Positions 8,944 to 18,558 of a stretch of DNA of 49,951 nucleotides are shown here, piece after piece (the stretch's first letter is position 1; every line of letters begins with the position of its first letter). The translations under genes were made by a program, and so were the position numbers. The notes under the pieces were generated by a model. The model was not told where the DNA came from, searched no databases, and worked only from the letters and a program-made list of their open reading frames with translations. The stretch is from Candidatus Woesearchaeota archaeon (GTDB lineage: Archaea; Nanobdellota; Nanobdellia; Woesearchaeales; SKGA01), in assembly GCA_007117735.1 (NCBI GenBank), contig SKGA01000028.1:1-49951 (forward strand), written 5' to 3'.

Positions 8944-10146
8944 ATGAGATTTATTCACCTTGCAGATTGTCATTTAGATGGTTTTCGTGAAGAAAAACTT
9001 GCTCTTTTAGGCGAAAAAAACTTCTCATACGTCATAGAACAAGCAATACAAAGAAAAGTTGATTTTGTTATTATTGCAGGAGATTTATTCAATACGGCAA
9101 TTCCTCGTATGAATGCTCTTAAGTTTGCTACAACAGAATTAAAAAAATTACAAGACGCAGACATTCCGGTGTATGCGATTGCAGGGAGTCATGATTATTC
9201 TCCACAAGGAAAAACAATTCTTGAAGTATTAGAATCAGCAGGTCTTCTTACTCTGGTGATGAAAGGTGAACAAACAGAATCAGGTTCGTTTAAAGTAAAA
9301 CCTATTCGAGATAAAAAAACAAACACGTTATTCACAGGTATTGATGGGAGAAAAGGTATGCTTGATAAGGGAACGTATCATCATTTGGACGTTTCAGAAT
9401 TCCATAGTGCAACAAAAAAGATTTTTCTCTTTCACACCACTATTGAAGAATTAAAAACTCCTTCCTTACAACACATTCCTGGTGAGAGTATTCTATTATT
9501 ACCTCAAGGATTTGATTACTATGCGGGCGGACACGTTCACATCACACAGCGATACAGTGATGATCAATACAAAAATGTAGTTTATCCTGGACCAACATTC
9601 CCTAATAGTTTTAGCGAACTTGAAGAGTTAGAACAAGGTTCATTTGTCTATGTTGAAGACGAAACTATCACTCATGAAAAAATTCCTGGAAAACCTGTTC
9701 TGGCAATTCATAGCATAGTCGAAAATAAGACTCCTTTAGAAATTCAAGAAGAGATTATTGAAAAAATTAAAGATTGTGATAATCATATCGTATTACTTCG
9801 TATTCAAGGTACAATAAAAGAAGGTTCTATTCAAGATATTTCTTTTCAAGATATTTTCTCTCATGCGTATCAACAAGGAGCTTTTGTCGTACTAAAAAAC
9901 ACTTCAAAATTACAAAGTGCTCAACTTGAAAGTGTCGAGGATCTTCCTGAAGAACATGGAGATATTGAGCAACAACTTATCAAGGAACAACTCAACACCG
10001 TTCCTTTAGAAGGAAAAGATCAAGAAAAATTAATCAAAGAAATTTTCTTACAATTAGATACGACGCAACAAGATGGAGAGACAAAATCAACATTCCAACA
10101 AAGAATTTTGGAAAAAAGTCGATCTATTTTTGAAGAAAAGAAATAA
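8944..10146 (+). CDS. mre11: Mre11/SbcD DNA repair nuclease
   Basis: Metallophosphoesterase motifs HLADCHL, IAGDLF, IAGSHD, FH, YYAGGHVH and VYPG, plus capping domain and helical C-terminus. Confidence 0.88.
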   Translation: MRFIHLADCHLDGFREEKLALLGEKNFSYVIEQAIQRKVDFVIIAGDLFNTAIPRMNALKFATTELKKLQDADIPVYAIAGSHDYSPQGKTILEVLESAGLLTLVMKGEQTESGSFKVKPIRDKKTNTLFTGIDGRKGMLDKGTYHHLDVSEFHSATKKIFLFHTTIEELKTPSLQHIPGESILLLPQGFDYYAGGHVHITQRYSDDQYKNVVYPGPTFPNSFSELEELEQGSFVYVEDETITHEKIPGKPVLAIHSIVENKTPLEIQEEIIEKIKDCDNHIVLLRIQGTIKEGSIQDISFQDIFSHAYQQGAFVVLKNTSKLQSAQLESVEDLPEEHGDIEQQLIKEQLNTVPLEGKDQEKLIKEIFLQLDTTQQDGETKSTFQQRILEKSRSIFEEKK

Positions 10147-10155
10147 AAAAAATTC

Positions 10156-11448
10156 TTAAGGTTTCCATCGAAGCATAGTTCTTGGAAAGGCGATTGCATC
10201 TTTAACATTATCTAAGCCGCAAATCCAAGCAATTACTCGTTCAGTACCTACTCCGTATCCTGCATGAGGAACGCTACCGTATCTTCTCGAGTCAAAATAC
10301 CAATCGTACTGTTCTGGATCTTCACCATCTGCTTTAAGTCGTTCTTTCATATCTTCAATATCAAGACTTCGTTCACTTCCACCAATAATTTCTACCCCTG
10401 TTGGAGAGAGCATGTCAAAGCAGAGCGCCTCATCAGGTTGATTTGGATCTCGAGGTTTGTAAAAACCCATTGCTTCTACAGGATAATGAGTTACACAAAC
10501 AGGTGTCTGAAAATGATTCATTAAAGCACGCTCTTCCTCAGTTCGCAAATCTTTTCCAAAGGGAATATCAATGCAATCTTTTTCTTTAATAATAGCAAGT
10601 GCTTCTCGATATTTCATAGAAGGCCATTCTTGCTCACACATTCTTAAAAGAGCATCTGGATCTTGTTCTAGAAAAATAAACTCTTCTCTACAACGAGAAA
10701 CTGCTTGAGAAATACAATATTTTAATTCCTCTTGAGCAAAATCTGTGAGTTCTTGTAAATTCAACCAAGCACATTCCATTTCAGCCATCCAGAATTCGCT
10801 TAAATGTCTTGATGTCTTACTTTTTTCTGCTCGAAAAGTTGGACCAAAATTATAAATTTTTTCCAGAGAAAAAATTCCTGCCTCCCCATATAACTGCCAG
10901 GTTTGTGCAAGGTAAACATGAGTATCATAATACGATACTTCAAAAAGCGTACTTCCTCCTTCTGATTGTGTTGGTTGGAGAATGGGAGTATCAAATCGAT
11001 AAAACCCTTTATTTCGAAAAAATTCATCCCGAGCTTGAATATACGCGCTTCTTATTTTAAAAATCGCTGTTTGTCGTCGTGAACGAATAGCTAAATGTCG
11101 GTAATCAAGTAAATGTTCAGGACTCTGATCTTTTTGAATGGGAAATTCATGGCTTGCACCTACAAGAGCAAGAGAAGAAACAACAAGTTCGAATCCGTTT
11201 GGAGCTCGATCATCTGCTTTGAGAGTTCCTGTAAGAGTAATGCTTGCTTCTATTTGAAGATCTTTTGCTTGTTGGAATTGTTCTTCTCCAACGACGTCTT
11301 TTTCAACAACACATTGGATATGTGATGAATGATCCCGAAGAACAATAAACCGTAATTTGTTGTTTCCTCGTTCTCGATACACCCAACCTCGTAATTGTAC
11401 TTCGCCAGTTTGTTGTGTAATTGCTTCTTGAATAGATATAAATGTCAT
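10156..11448 (-). CDS. asnS: Asparagine--tRNA ligase
   Basis: LRGWVYR OB-fold, EGGSTLF, YLAQTWQLY.E, GPTFRAEKSKTSRHLSEFWMAE, EIIGGSER and RRYGSVPHAGYGVGTER. Confidence 0.95.
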   Translation of the reverse strand: MTFISIQEAITQQTGEVQLRGWVYRERGNNKLRFIVLRDHSSHIQCVVEKDVVGEEQFQQAKDLQIEASITLTGTLKADDRAPNGFELVVSSLALVGASHEFPIQKDQSPEHLLDYRHLAIRSRRQTAIFKIRSAYIQARDEFFRNKGFYRFDTPILQPTQSEGGSTLFEVSYYDTHVYLAQTWQLYGEAGIFSLEKIYNFGPTFRAEKSKTSRHLSEFWMAEMECAWLNLQELTDFAQEELKYCISQAVSRCREEFIFLEQDPDALLRMCEQEWPSMKYREALAIIKEKDCIDIPFGKDLRTEEERALMNHFQTPVCVTHYPVEAMGFYKPRDPNQPDEALCFDMLSPTGVEIIGGSERSLDIEDMKERLKADGEDPEQYDWYFDSRRYGSVPHAGYGVGTERVIAWICGLDNVKDAIAFPRTMLRWKP

Positions 11449-11466
11449 AACAAGAACAAAACACTA

Positions 11467-11480
11467 CTTATTTAAAAACT
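11467..11480. promoter_or_regulatory. Overlapping bidirectional TATA boxes between asnS and the SDR gene
   Basis: TATTTAAAAA reads TTTAAAAA on + (24 nt before ATG 11503) and TTTAAATA on - (20 nt before ATG 11448) within a 54-bp gap. Confidence 0.55.
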
Positions 11481-11502
11481 TACTTCTTGCACAAGGTTAA
11501 CC

Positions 11503-12642
11503 ATGAAAAAAACAGTCTTTATCACAGGTACAAATAGTGGATTTGGATATGAAACAGTTCTCTACTTCCATAAAAAAGGGTGGAATGTTATTGCCACGAT
11601 GAGAAAGAAAAAAAACATCTTTCCAAAGGAAGTGACCGTACTTGAAATGGACTTAGAAAATCACCAATCAATTACTCAAGCAGTAAAACAAGCAGTAAAA
11701 AAATACAAAACAATCGATGTACTCATTAATAATGCAGGTTATGGGATCAGTGGTGTTTTTGAAGAAACAGCATTAGATCACATACAAAAAAACATGGATG
11801 TGAACTATACTGGAACTATAAAAGTAACTCAAGAACTCTATTCAATTTTTCTTCAGCAAGGATTTGGAAGAATTATTACGGTGACGTCTGTGGCTGGAAG
11901 AATAGGTCTCTCCCTTATGAGTGCATATAATGCTTCAAAATTTGCTCTTGAAGGTTTTTTTGAAGGTTTAAGTTATGAAGCAAGGGAAAAAAACATTCAT
12001 ATAAAATTATTAGAACCAGGATATTTCAGAACAAAATTTGTAAAAAATGTAGATTGGGCTTCAGAAAAAGAACAATCAATATTTAATAAAAAAAATACGT
12101 CACTACACAAAGGAGGAAATCCAAAAATTGTTGCTAAGAAATTATTTGCGCTATCTACTAACACCTCTTTTAAATTACGATATAGCATCGGTATTGATGC
12201 GAAAGCAGGATTATTTTTAAAAAATATTCTCGGTGGAAAAGTATTTCAAGAGATAATGGGAATGTATTCTTTTCCTAAAAAAAATCTACGAAAAGAATTT
12301 AAAAGATCAAAAAATCTTACCTTTTTAGAGGGGGAGTATCAAGGAGTTTTTTCGTGGCGATGTTCCTTTCTTCAATTAATGTTAAGATTTTTCTCTTGGA
12401 AAGGAAAAAGGTTTTATGAGAATAAAACTGCAGATGCTCTTATTATGAAAAGAATGACATGGCGGATTGGAAAAGCAACAGTACAAGCGTCATCGTTTCG
12501 AGGTAGACCTACTATTGCGATGAAGTATAAGTTTTTACCTATTGTCGACCATTTTAGAAAAGTAAACGAACAAGAAATTATAGGAGTAATGACGATCTTT
12601 TCAATTCCCGTCTATTACTTTATGTTGCGAAAAGTAAGATAA
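11503..12642 (+). CDS. Short-chain dehydrogenase/reductase fused to a C-terminal GXWXG/DUF4334-like domain
   Basis: TGTNSGFG, NNAGYG, SVAG and YNASK motifs. The last ~120 aa contain GEYQG, WKGKRF and FRGRPTIAMKYKFLPIVDHFRKV....IGVM. Confidence 0.85.
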   Translation: MKKTVFITGTNSGFGYETVLYFHKKGWNVIATMRKKKNIFPKEVTVLEMDLENHQSITQAVKQAVKKYKTIDVLINNAGYGISGVFEETALDHIQKNMDVNYTGTIKVTQELYSIFLQQGFGRIITVTSVAGRIGLSLMSAYNASKFALEGFFEGLSYEAREKNIHIKLLEPGYFRTKFVKNVDWASEKEQSIFNKKNTSLHKGGNPKIVAKKLFALSTNTSFKLRYSIGIDAKAGLFLKNILGGKVFQEIMGMYSFPKKNLRKEFKRSKNLTFLEGEYQGVFSWRCSFLQLMLRFFSWKGKRFYENKTADALIMKRMTWRIGKATVQASSFRGRPTIAMKYKFLPIVDHFRKVNEQEIIGVMTIFSIPVYYFMLRKVR

Positions 12643-13854
12643 TTATTCTTGTTTCCAGTCAAGAAGAATCGTTGCCGCTTTTCGTTCCTCTTCTTCTTTG
12701 TATCGCATAGCAATATTACTTGAAAATTCTTTTTTCTCTTTTCCGGAAAAGTATTGTTCTAAAAAAGAGTTTGCAAATGAAGTATATTCTCCTTTTCGTA
12801 TTGCTTCTCGTAAGTCTTTCATTAATTGACTCATAAAATGAAGATTATGAATTGTTGCTAGACGATATCCTAATAACTCGTGCGTTCGTAATAAATGATG
12901 AAGATACGATCTTGAATAATGTTTACACGTGTGACATTCACAACCTTCAAAAATCGGACCTGAATCATTCTTAAACACTCTTTTCTTAATCATAATCCTT
13001 CCTGTTGGCGTGAATAAACTCCCGTGTCGAGCATTTGAAGTAGGATAAATACTATCAAAACAATCAACACCGTAGCCTACTGCTCGAACAATATCAGGAG
13101 GACTTCCAAGACCCATAAGATAACGAGGCTTTTCTCGAGGAAGATGTAAAACAGATTCATACACATTCTCAAAAAGTTCATCCCTACTCTCCCCGATAAC
13201 CAAGCCACCCAGAGCATATCCGTCAAAATCTAAAGAACCAATTTTATGAGTTGAAAATCGTCGATATTCTTTTGAAGTTCCTCCTTGTGCAATACCGAAG
13301 AGTAATTGTTTACTTCCTAATTCTTCTCGTCGCTTTTTATGATGTTCAAGACACCGTTCTGCCCAACGATGGGTTCGTTTAATAGCATCAACATATTCTT
13401 TTCCTGAGAGCCCGTAATGCGCCACATCATCAAAAGTCATTGCAACATCAGAACCTAGAGCAAGTTGATAATCCATAGATACTTCGGGAGTAAAAAAGTG
13501 TTTTTTCCCATGTCCATCTTTAAAGAAAACTCCACAATCTTCTTTTTTGAGAAGAAAATCTTTACTGAGAACTTGAAATCCTCCGCTGTCTGTAAAAATT
13601 GTTTTGGAGAAATGCATAAAAGAATGAATGCCTCCTTGATCTTGTACGATATCTATTCCTGGACTGAGTGAAAGAATAAAACTATTAGAAATAATACTTT
13701 CAAAACCTAATGCTTCAATATCTTTTCCTTCAAGAGCTTTTACACTTCCTTTTGAGGCTACAGGCATAAAAAAAGGCGTAGTTACTGTTCCAGAAGCAGT
13801 GTGTAACGATCCTACCCGGGCAAGACCGTCTTCGTAATGAATATCAAAAGACAT
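12643..13854 (-). CDS. tgt: tRNA-guanine transglycosylase, bacterial/eukaryotic (Q34) type
   Basis: TPFFMPV, FTDSGGFQV, LFGIAQGG, GYALGGL, PRYLMGLG, GVDCFD and Zn site CECHTC...HNL. It lacks the C-terminal PUA domain of archaeosine TGT. Confidence 0.93.
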   Translation of the reverse strand: MSFDIHYEDGLARVGSLHTASGTVTTPFFMPVASKGSVKALEGKDIEALGFESIISNSFILSLSPGIDIVQDQGGIHSFMHFSKTIFTDSGGFQVLSKDFLLKKEDCGVFFKDGHGKKHFFTPEVSMDYQLALGSDVAMTFDDVAHYGLSGKEYVDAIKRTHRWAERCLEHHKKRREELGSKQLLFGIAQGGTSKEYRRFSTHKIGSLDFDGYALGGLVIGESRDELFENVYESVLHLPREKPRYLMGLGSPPDIVRAVGYGVDCFDSIYPTSNARHGSLFTPTGRIMIKKRVFKNDSGPIFEGCECHTCKHYSRSYLHHLLRTHELLGYRLATIHNLHFMSQLMKDLREAIRKGEYTSFANSFLEQYFSGKEKKEFSSNIAMRYKEEEERKAATILLDWKQE

Positions 13855-13898
13855 AAAAAAAAGAAAAGAAAAAGAATTTATATACTTACTGACAAGAG

Positions 13899-14687
13899 TT
13901 ACTTATTAATATGATGTAACACGTCTTGTACTTCTTTATTGTGAAATACTAGATCATTAAGTGCTTTACTTACACCGTGAGGATTTTCATCTTGCCAGAC
14001 GTTTCTTCCTACTGCAAATCCAGTAATTCCTGTACTCAACATTTCTTTTGAAGTATGAAGAAAGTCTTGTGGAGATTGTTTATCTCCCCCTGCAGCAAGT
14101 ACTCGTGCACGACCAGCATTTTTTACAACCCATTTAAATCCTTCAGGATCATGATTGTATTTTAGTTTAAGAAAATCAGCACCTAATTCTAGGCCTATTC
14201 GTGCTGCGTAAGCAAGAATATTTGTGTCAATATCGTTTTTGATTGCTTTTCCTCGAGGATACATCCATGCAATCACAGGAATCCCGTAATCGTGAGCTCG
14301 CTCAACTACTGAAGTAAAATTTTGAAAAATGTCTGCTTCTCGAGCGCTTCCAGGAAACAAAGTGTAACCTATAGCATCTGCACCAATTTTTATTGCTCTA
14401 TCAACACTACACAGTTGAGGAGAATAAGGTTCTCCTGAAAGAAGACTTGTTTTGCCATTAATTTTTGCAACTAAAGGAACGTCTTTGTACGCTTCATGAT
14501 AGTACTTCTCTGCCAATCCTGCTTGAAGAATAACTGCAGAATAACGCTGTTCTAAAGCAATATCTAAAATATATTGGGGATCCAAGTTTTTTAAGTTAAA
14601 ATCTTGTGGACCATGTTCTAAACCTTGATCGCATGCCAGCATAAGTGAGCGATCGCCTCGTAACAATTTATTGGTATTTATTTTCAT
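13899..14687 (-). CDS. Class I (DhnA/FbaB-type) fructose-bisphosphate aldolase
   Basis: DQGLEHGP, KINGKT, WMYPRG, YAARIGLELGADFLK (Schiff-base Lys), AGG and GFAVGRNVWQ. Confidence 0.92.
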   Translation of the reverse strand: MKINTNKLLRGDRSLMLACDQGLEHGPQDFNLKNLDPQYILDIALEQRYSAVILQAGLAEKYYHEAYKDVPLVAKINGKTSLLSGEPYSPQLCSVDRAIKIGADAIGYTLFPGSAREADIFQNFTSVVERAHDYGIPVIAWMYPRGKAIKNDIDTNILAYAARIGLELGADFLKLKYNHDPEGFKWVVKNAGRARVLAAGGDKQSPQDFLHTSKEMLSTGITGFAVGRNVWQDENPHGVSKALNDLVFHNKEVQDVLHHINK

Positions 14688-14694
14688 ACATTCA

Positions 14695-15951
14695 TCACCT
14701 TTTATGAGTATACTCTAATAGTCGTTTGCTTAACTCGTATTTATCAGTAATAAGCTGAATTTCTCGAGCAAGATCGGGAAGTTGACAAGCGTGTTCTATC
14801 CACGCTACAAAATGATTTTCTTGTTCATTAACATGATAAGAAAAGAGTTCTTGTGAAATAAATTTTAAGTAGTAAGCAAGTTCTTCTAGAGAAGTGATTT
14901 CTTTCCCATTTTTGAAAACGAAAGGATCGCTTGCCTCAAGAGAAAGGGAAGAAGACAATGCAGGATGTTGTGCTTTTTCCAAAGTAACGCTTCCTCCAAA
15001 TTTTCTTTCAGCTAGTTCTTCAAAAGAGCAGAGTCCTTCTTTTGCACCTGCAACAGAAATAACTGCTTCAGCTTGTTTCATACCTCGAATAAGATGTGCA
15101 GGAAGATCATCTTCTGCAAACTGAAGAAAACTAGCAACAAAAGTTGAAGCAAACGCATCTCCCGCTCCCGTACTCTCCACCACAACGTGATTAGGAGTAG
15201 AAGTGATAGTATAAACATTGCCATCATGATAACAACAAATACCATTCTTTCCATCAGTTACTACAACATAAGGTATTCCTTTCAAACCTAGTGATGTTGT
15301 TACTTCCTGCAAATTTCCTGTAACGGATAAAAGATTTTGAGCTTCTTCTTTATTTAAGACGAGCACTTCACAAATATCAAGAATTTCTTGTAAAGCAGCA
15401 TAGCCTTCTTGAGCTTGATAATTGGAAGGATTAAAAGCGATTTTTGTACCTTGAGAAAAAAGAATTTGTGCAAGTTGAATTGCTGTTTGATACGACTCCG
15501 CCATCATAGAAGAAATATATAGCCATTTTGAAGATAAACGAGAAATATCCAATTCATCAAAACGAAGATGATTATTTACTCCCTTGTATGTTAAAATTGT
15601 TCGATCATGTTCTAAAGAATCCAAAATAATAGAGTAACCTGTTTGTCCTTTCTGAGAACCCAAAAAATCAACTCCTTGTGAGGAGAGTAATTCAAGCACC
15701 TTAGATCCATTTTCATCAGATCCTATTTTTCCAATATACCCTGTTTTCAAACCAAGCTTTGCAAAAGAAGCGGCCGTATTTGTGCCACCTCCACCCACAG
15801 AAAATTGTAAAGACGAAACAAGAATCTTACTTCCGCTAGGATATGCAATTAAATCTTTTTCAGAAGTTGAAGTGATAAACTTTACAAGTTGAGAAGTAGT
15901 ATGTGCAAATACATCAACAGTCGCACTACCTAAACTTAATATATCGTACAC
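14695..15951 (-). CDS. PfkB-family carbohydrate kinase with C-terminal DUF5752-like domain
   Basis: GSATVD, GGGGTNTA, GKIGSDENG, NKEEA, VTDGKNG and STGAGDAF. Tail PFVFKNGKEITSLEEL...FSYHVNEQENHFVAWI. GTG start with GAGGTG SD. Confidence 0.9.
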   Translation of the reverse strand: MYDILSLGSATVDVFAHTTSQLVKFITSTSEKDLIAYPSGSKILVSSLQFSVGGGGTNTAASFAKLGLKTGYIGKIGSDENGSKVLELLSSQGVDFLGSQKGQTGYSIILDSLEHDRTILTYKGVNNHLRFDELDISRLSSKWLYISSMMAESYQTAIQLAQILFSQGTKIAFNPSNYQAQEGYAALQEILDICEVLVLNKEEAQNLLSVTGNLQEVTTSLGLKGIPYVVVTDGKNGICCYHDGNVYTITSTPNHVVVESTGAGDAFASTFVASFLQFAEDDLPAHLIRGMKQAEAVISVAGAKEGLCSFEELAERKFGGSVTLEKAQHPALSSSLSLEASDPFVFKNGKEITSLEELAYYLKFISQELFSYHVNEQENHFVAWIEHACQLPDLAREIQLITDKYELSKRLLEYTHKR

Positions 15952-16060
15952 TTACAAACACCTCTTTATAAAAAACCAAGAAATAATTCTTTATAAACAT
16001 ATCTATTTTCAAAATAATGATAACGATATATTTATAAGCTTAAAATAATTAAAATAATTG

Positions 16061-17170
16061 ATGATTATACAACTAAAAAAAGTAGAAAATGAGGATGCGA
16101 CTGAAGTTGGTACGTTAGCAAAACTAAAGTTTAAACTTATCGACATGATTGCTCAACCGTTTCAACTAATTCTCACTCATCAAACAATTGAAAAGTTATT
16201 TTCTGACGCAGATATTCTTCAAGAGAAAAGTCAAAAACCAGAAAGTGAAGAAGGACAAGTAGAGTTATTTAAACAAGTTACTGAAAAATTGCAAGCTGTG
16301 CAATTTGATCCTGAAACAACATCTCAATTAAGAGAATATTTCGAGTTATTAACATTAGATGCGAATAATCTAAGAAGTCTTTCGCAACTTTCAGAACAAA
16401 AATCTATTTTAGTAATAAGTCCAAGTTTAAGTTATGAGCGAAGCAATAAAGAACAACGAATATTTTTTGCAAATAATAATTTCTATCAGTTTATTGAAAC
16501 AATAAAATCTATTCTTGCAAGTATATTCACACCCCAAGCAATCAAAGAACGAAAAGAACAAAATATTACCTCCTGGAATGTTGCACTTCTCGCATATAAA
16601 CTTCCCGAATTACAAACATGTATTGAAGTAACAAGAAATAAAGAAGAATCAGTCATTAAAACATATGTTGGTTTCCCTGATATTAGAAAAGAAGTACAAA
16701 AAGACACCTTTAAAGTATCAGGACTAATACCTCAAATCACTCATCGAACAATTGTTCAACAAAAAGAAGTCTGTATTTTTAATATGGAGCAAAATCAAGT
16801 AATATCAAAAGCATATTACCAACAAAGTTCTCCAACACAAAATGTGACCGATCAAGATGTTCTTGAAGCTGTTCGGTTGACAAATAAAATTTCTAAATTA
16901 CACGAACAAGAAATTCTTTCTACACTATTTATTAAATCAAAACAAGGAAGTTTATTATTGCTTGATGTGAATCCTTATCAAGAACAAAAAGCTCAAGAAG
17001 AAGAGAAAAAAGAATCCTCTATTGAAGAAAAAAGAACTATTGTACAAACTATTGCTCAACTTGTTCAAGCTCTTGAACGAGATATTATTCTCGATAGTCC
17101 TCGAGGACAGATTGATCAAAAAATTACTACGCTTCATCTTCTTCTTGATGAACTTGATCAGCTCGATTGA
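16061..17170 (+). CDS. Degenerate PEP/pyruvate-binding (PEP synthase N-terminal-like) domain protein
   Basis: Overall layout echoes the PpsA N-terminus (...D..EVG, IK.ILASIFT..AI..R, D.F.V, TDQ.V.E..RL..KI), but GGK, VRSS and VQ.M are missing. TTTATAAG at 16031. Confidence 0.5.
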   Translation: MIIQLKKVENEDATEVGTLAKLKFKLIDMIAQPFQLILTHQTIEKLFSDADILQEKSQKPESEEGQVELFKQVTEKLQAVQFDPETTSQLREYFELLTLDANNLRSLSQLSEQKSILVISPSLSYERSNKEQRIFFANNNFYQFIETIKSILASIFTPQAIKERKEQNITSWNVALLAYKLPELQTCIEVTRNKEESVIKTYVGFPDIRKEVQKDTFKVSGLIPQITHRTIVQQKEVCIFNMEQNQVISKAYYQQSSPTQNVTDQDVLEAVRLTNKISKLHEQEILSTLFIKSKQGSLLLLDVNPYQEQKAQEEEKKESSIEEKRTIVQTIAQLVQALERDIILDSPRGQIDQKITTLHLLLDELDQLD

Positions 17171-18083
17171 GTAAAACTATTTTTCTACGCAGCGATTTAT
17201 GAACTGGAAAAGAATAACTAAATTCTTCAACCCATTCTGGTGAAGTAAGTTCTGTTTCTGCTTCCAAACCTAAAACTAAGCGTTGCGCAAAAAAAGCTAC
17301 TATGTGTAAAAAAGAGTGATAAAGAGAGTGTTTCTCCAAAGAAACAAGGCTATTTTTTCCGTAAGGTAAATCACTAATAAGAACCGGACAGGAAATTTCT
17401 AAAGCAAGAGCATCAGAGACAAAAAAGGACGTATCAACGACGTTTTCTTGTGCAAAAGAAATAAGTTTTGGAGAGATATCACTTCCTGAAACTGCTAAGC
17501 CTTGACGTTTTCCTTCAAGAACAATTCCTCCAACGCCACAAAAAGGATCGTGAAAGGTATCTGTTTGTGCTAAAGATATCATCGCTTTGGCAAACTTTGG
17601 ATGTATGGCCGTGGGATGAGGTTTTGCAAGTAAATGAGTTCTTCGAGAAGAAGGACTATCTTTGTTAATACTACATTCTTTTGTTAAGTAAACTTTGTTT
17701 TCAGTCCAAAAAATATAATAGTGATGTGTTGGATTAGTAAGATTTACCGATATAGTTTGTTTAGAAAAAAGTAAAGAGAGTGTTTCTCTGGTTGAAGGAT
17801 CGTCTGGAGAAGAAGAAAAAACACTTACTTTTGCATCATCTTCTAAGTGAGGGAGAAACGAAGTGATTGAATCTCGTGAAGCTGAAGCAATAAATTTACT
17901 GGTGGATTGTACAAACCCAAAAAGAGAAGTATCCAGAGGACCGAAAGTTGAAGATAAAGAGACAATTCTTGGTGAAAAAATAGTCAAATCAGAATCATAT
18001 CGTCGTCGAAGTTCTTCTTGACCTAAAACAGGATGATCTCCGTAAAGATAAAAGAAAAAAAGAGAATCAGTATTCCCAACCAT
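17127..18083 (-). CDS. Trm11/TrmG10-like tRNA (guanine-N2)-methyltransferase (THUMP + SAM domain)
   Basis: HPTAIHPKFAKAM, DPFCGVGGI, GSDI, DAL, DLPYG and VHKSL.R motifs. Start reassigned to ATG 18083 after GAGGA. Confidence 0.85.
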   Translation of the reverse strand: MVGNTDSLFFFYLYGDHPVLGQEELRRRYDSDLTIFSPRIVSLSSTFGPLDTSLFGFVQSTSKFIASASRDSITSFLPHLEDDAKVSVFSSSPDDPSTRETLSLLFSKQTISVNLTNPTHHYYIFWTENKVYLTKECSINKDSPSSRRTHLLAKPHPTAIHPKFAKAMISLAQTDTFHDPFCGVGGIVLEGKRQGLAVSGSDISPKLISFAQENVVDTSFFVSDALALEISCPVLISDLPYGKNSLVSLEKHSLYHSFLHIVAFFAQRLVLGLEAETELTSPEWVEEFSYSFPVHKSLRRKIVLLNRADQVHQEEDEA

Positions 18084-18558
18084 TTTCCTCGACATGTTTT
18101 TTCTTAGCATGAGCTTTAAGCATATTAACTACAAATCCATAGAACGCTTTTTGAAATTCGAGATATTGTGTAATAATATTAATATTAACAACCTCTTCCC
18201 GACCATCAATTGCAGTTACTATAGCTACATGTCGACGATATTCTTGTTCTCGTTGATGTGGAGCTCGAAAGATTTTACGAAGTAAAAAATATAAATCAAT
18301 ATTATCTTGGACTTCCTGATGCGGATAAAGCTGTTTTACTAAGTTTCCTCGCTCAAGAGGTGACTTGGGAACGCGTTCTAAATCTTGCGTATCTTTTGCA
18401 TATTCAAGCAATGCCTCAATAAGAAGATCATAACAATCCATCATTCGAGATAAACAATTAAGAAGAACATCACCTGTTCGGGTATATTTTAAACTGACAT
18501 AAACTAAGTGATCTGCACGCTTTAATTCCTCGCCCGCTTCATCTAATAATTCAATCAA
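18067..18558 (-). CDS. Conserved-looking hypothetical protein
   Basis: 163-aa ORF coupled to its neighbours; ELKRADHLVYVSLKYTRT and EYRRHV blocks look conserved. Confidence 0.8.
   Translation of the reverse strand: MIELLDEAGEELKRADHLVYVSLKYTRTGDVLLNCLSRMMDCYDLLIEALLEYAKDTQDLERVPKSPLERGNLVKQLYPHQEVQDNIDLYFLLRKIFRAPHQREQEYRRHVAIVTAIDGREEVVNINIITQYLEFQKAFYGFVVNMLKAHAKKKHVEENGWEY

Noticed and set aside
17127..17170. 44-bp convergent overlap considered as antisense regulation
   Set aside because: Short tail-to-tail overlaps are common in compact genomes and nothing else supports a function.
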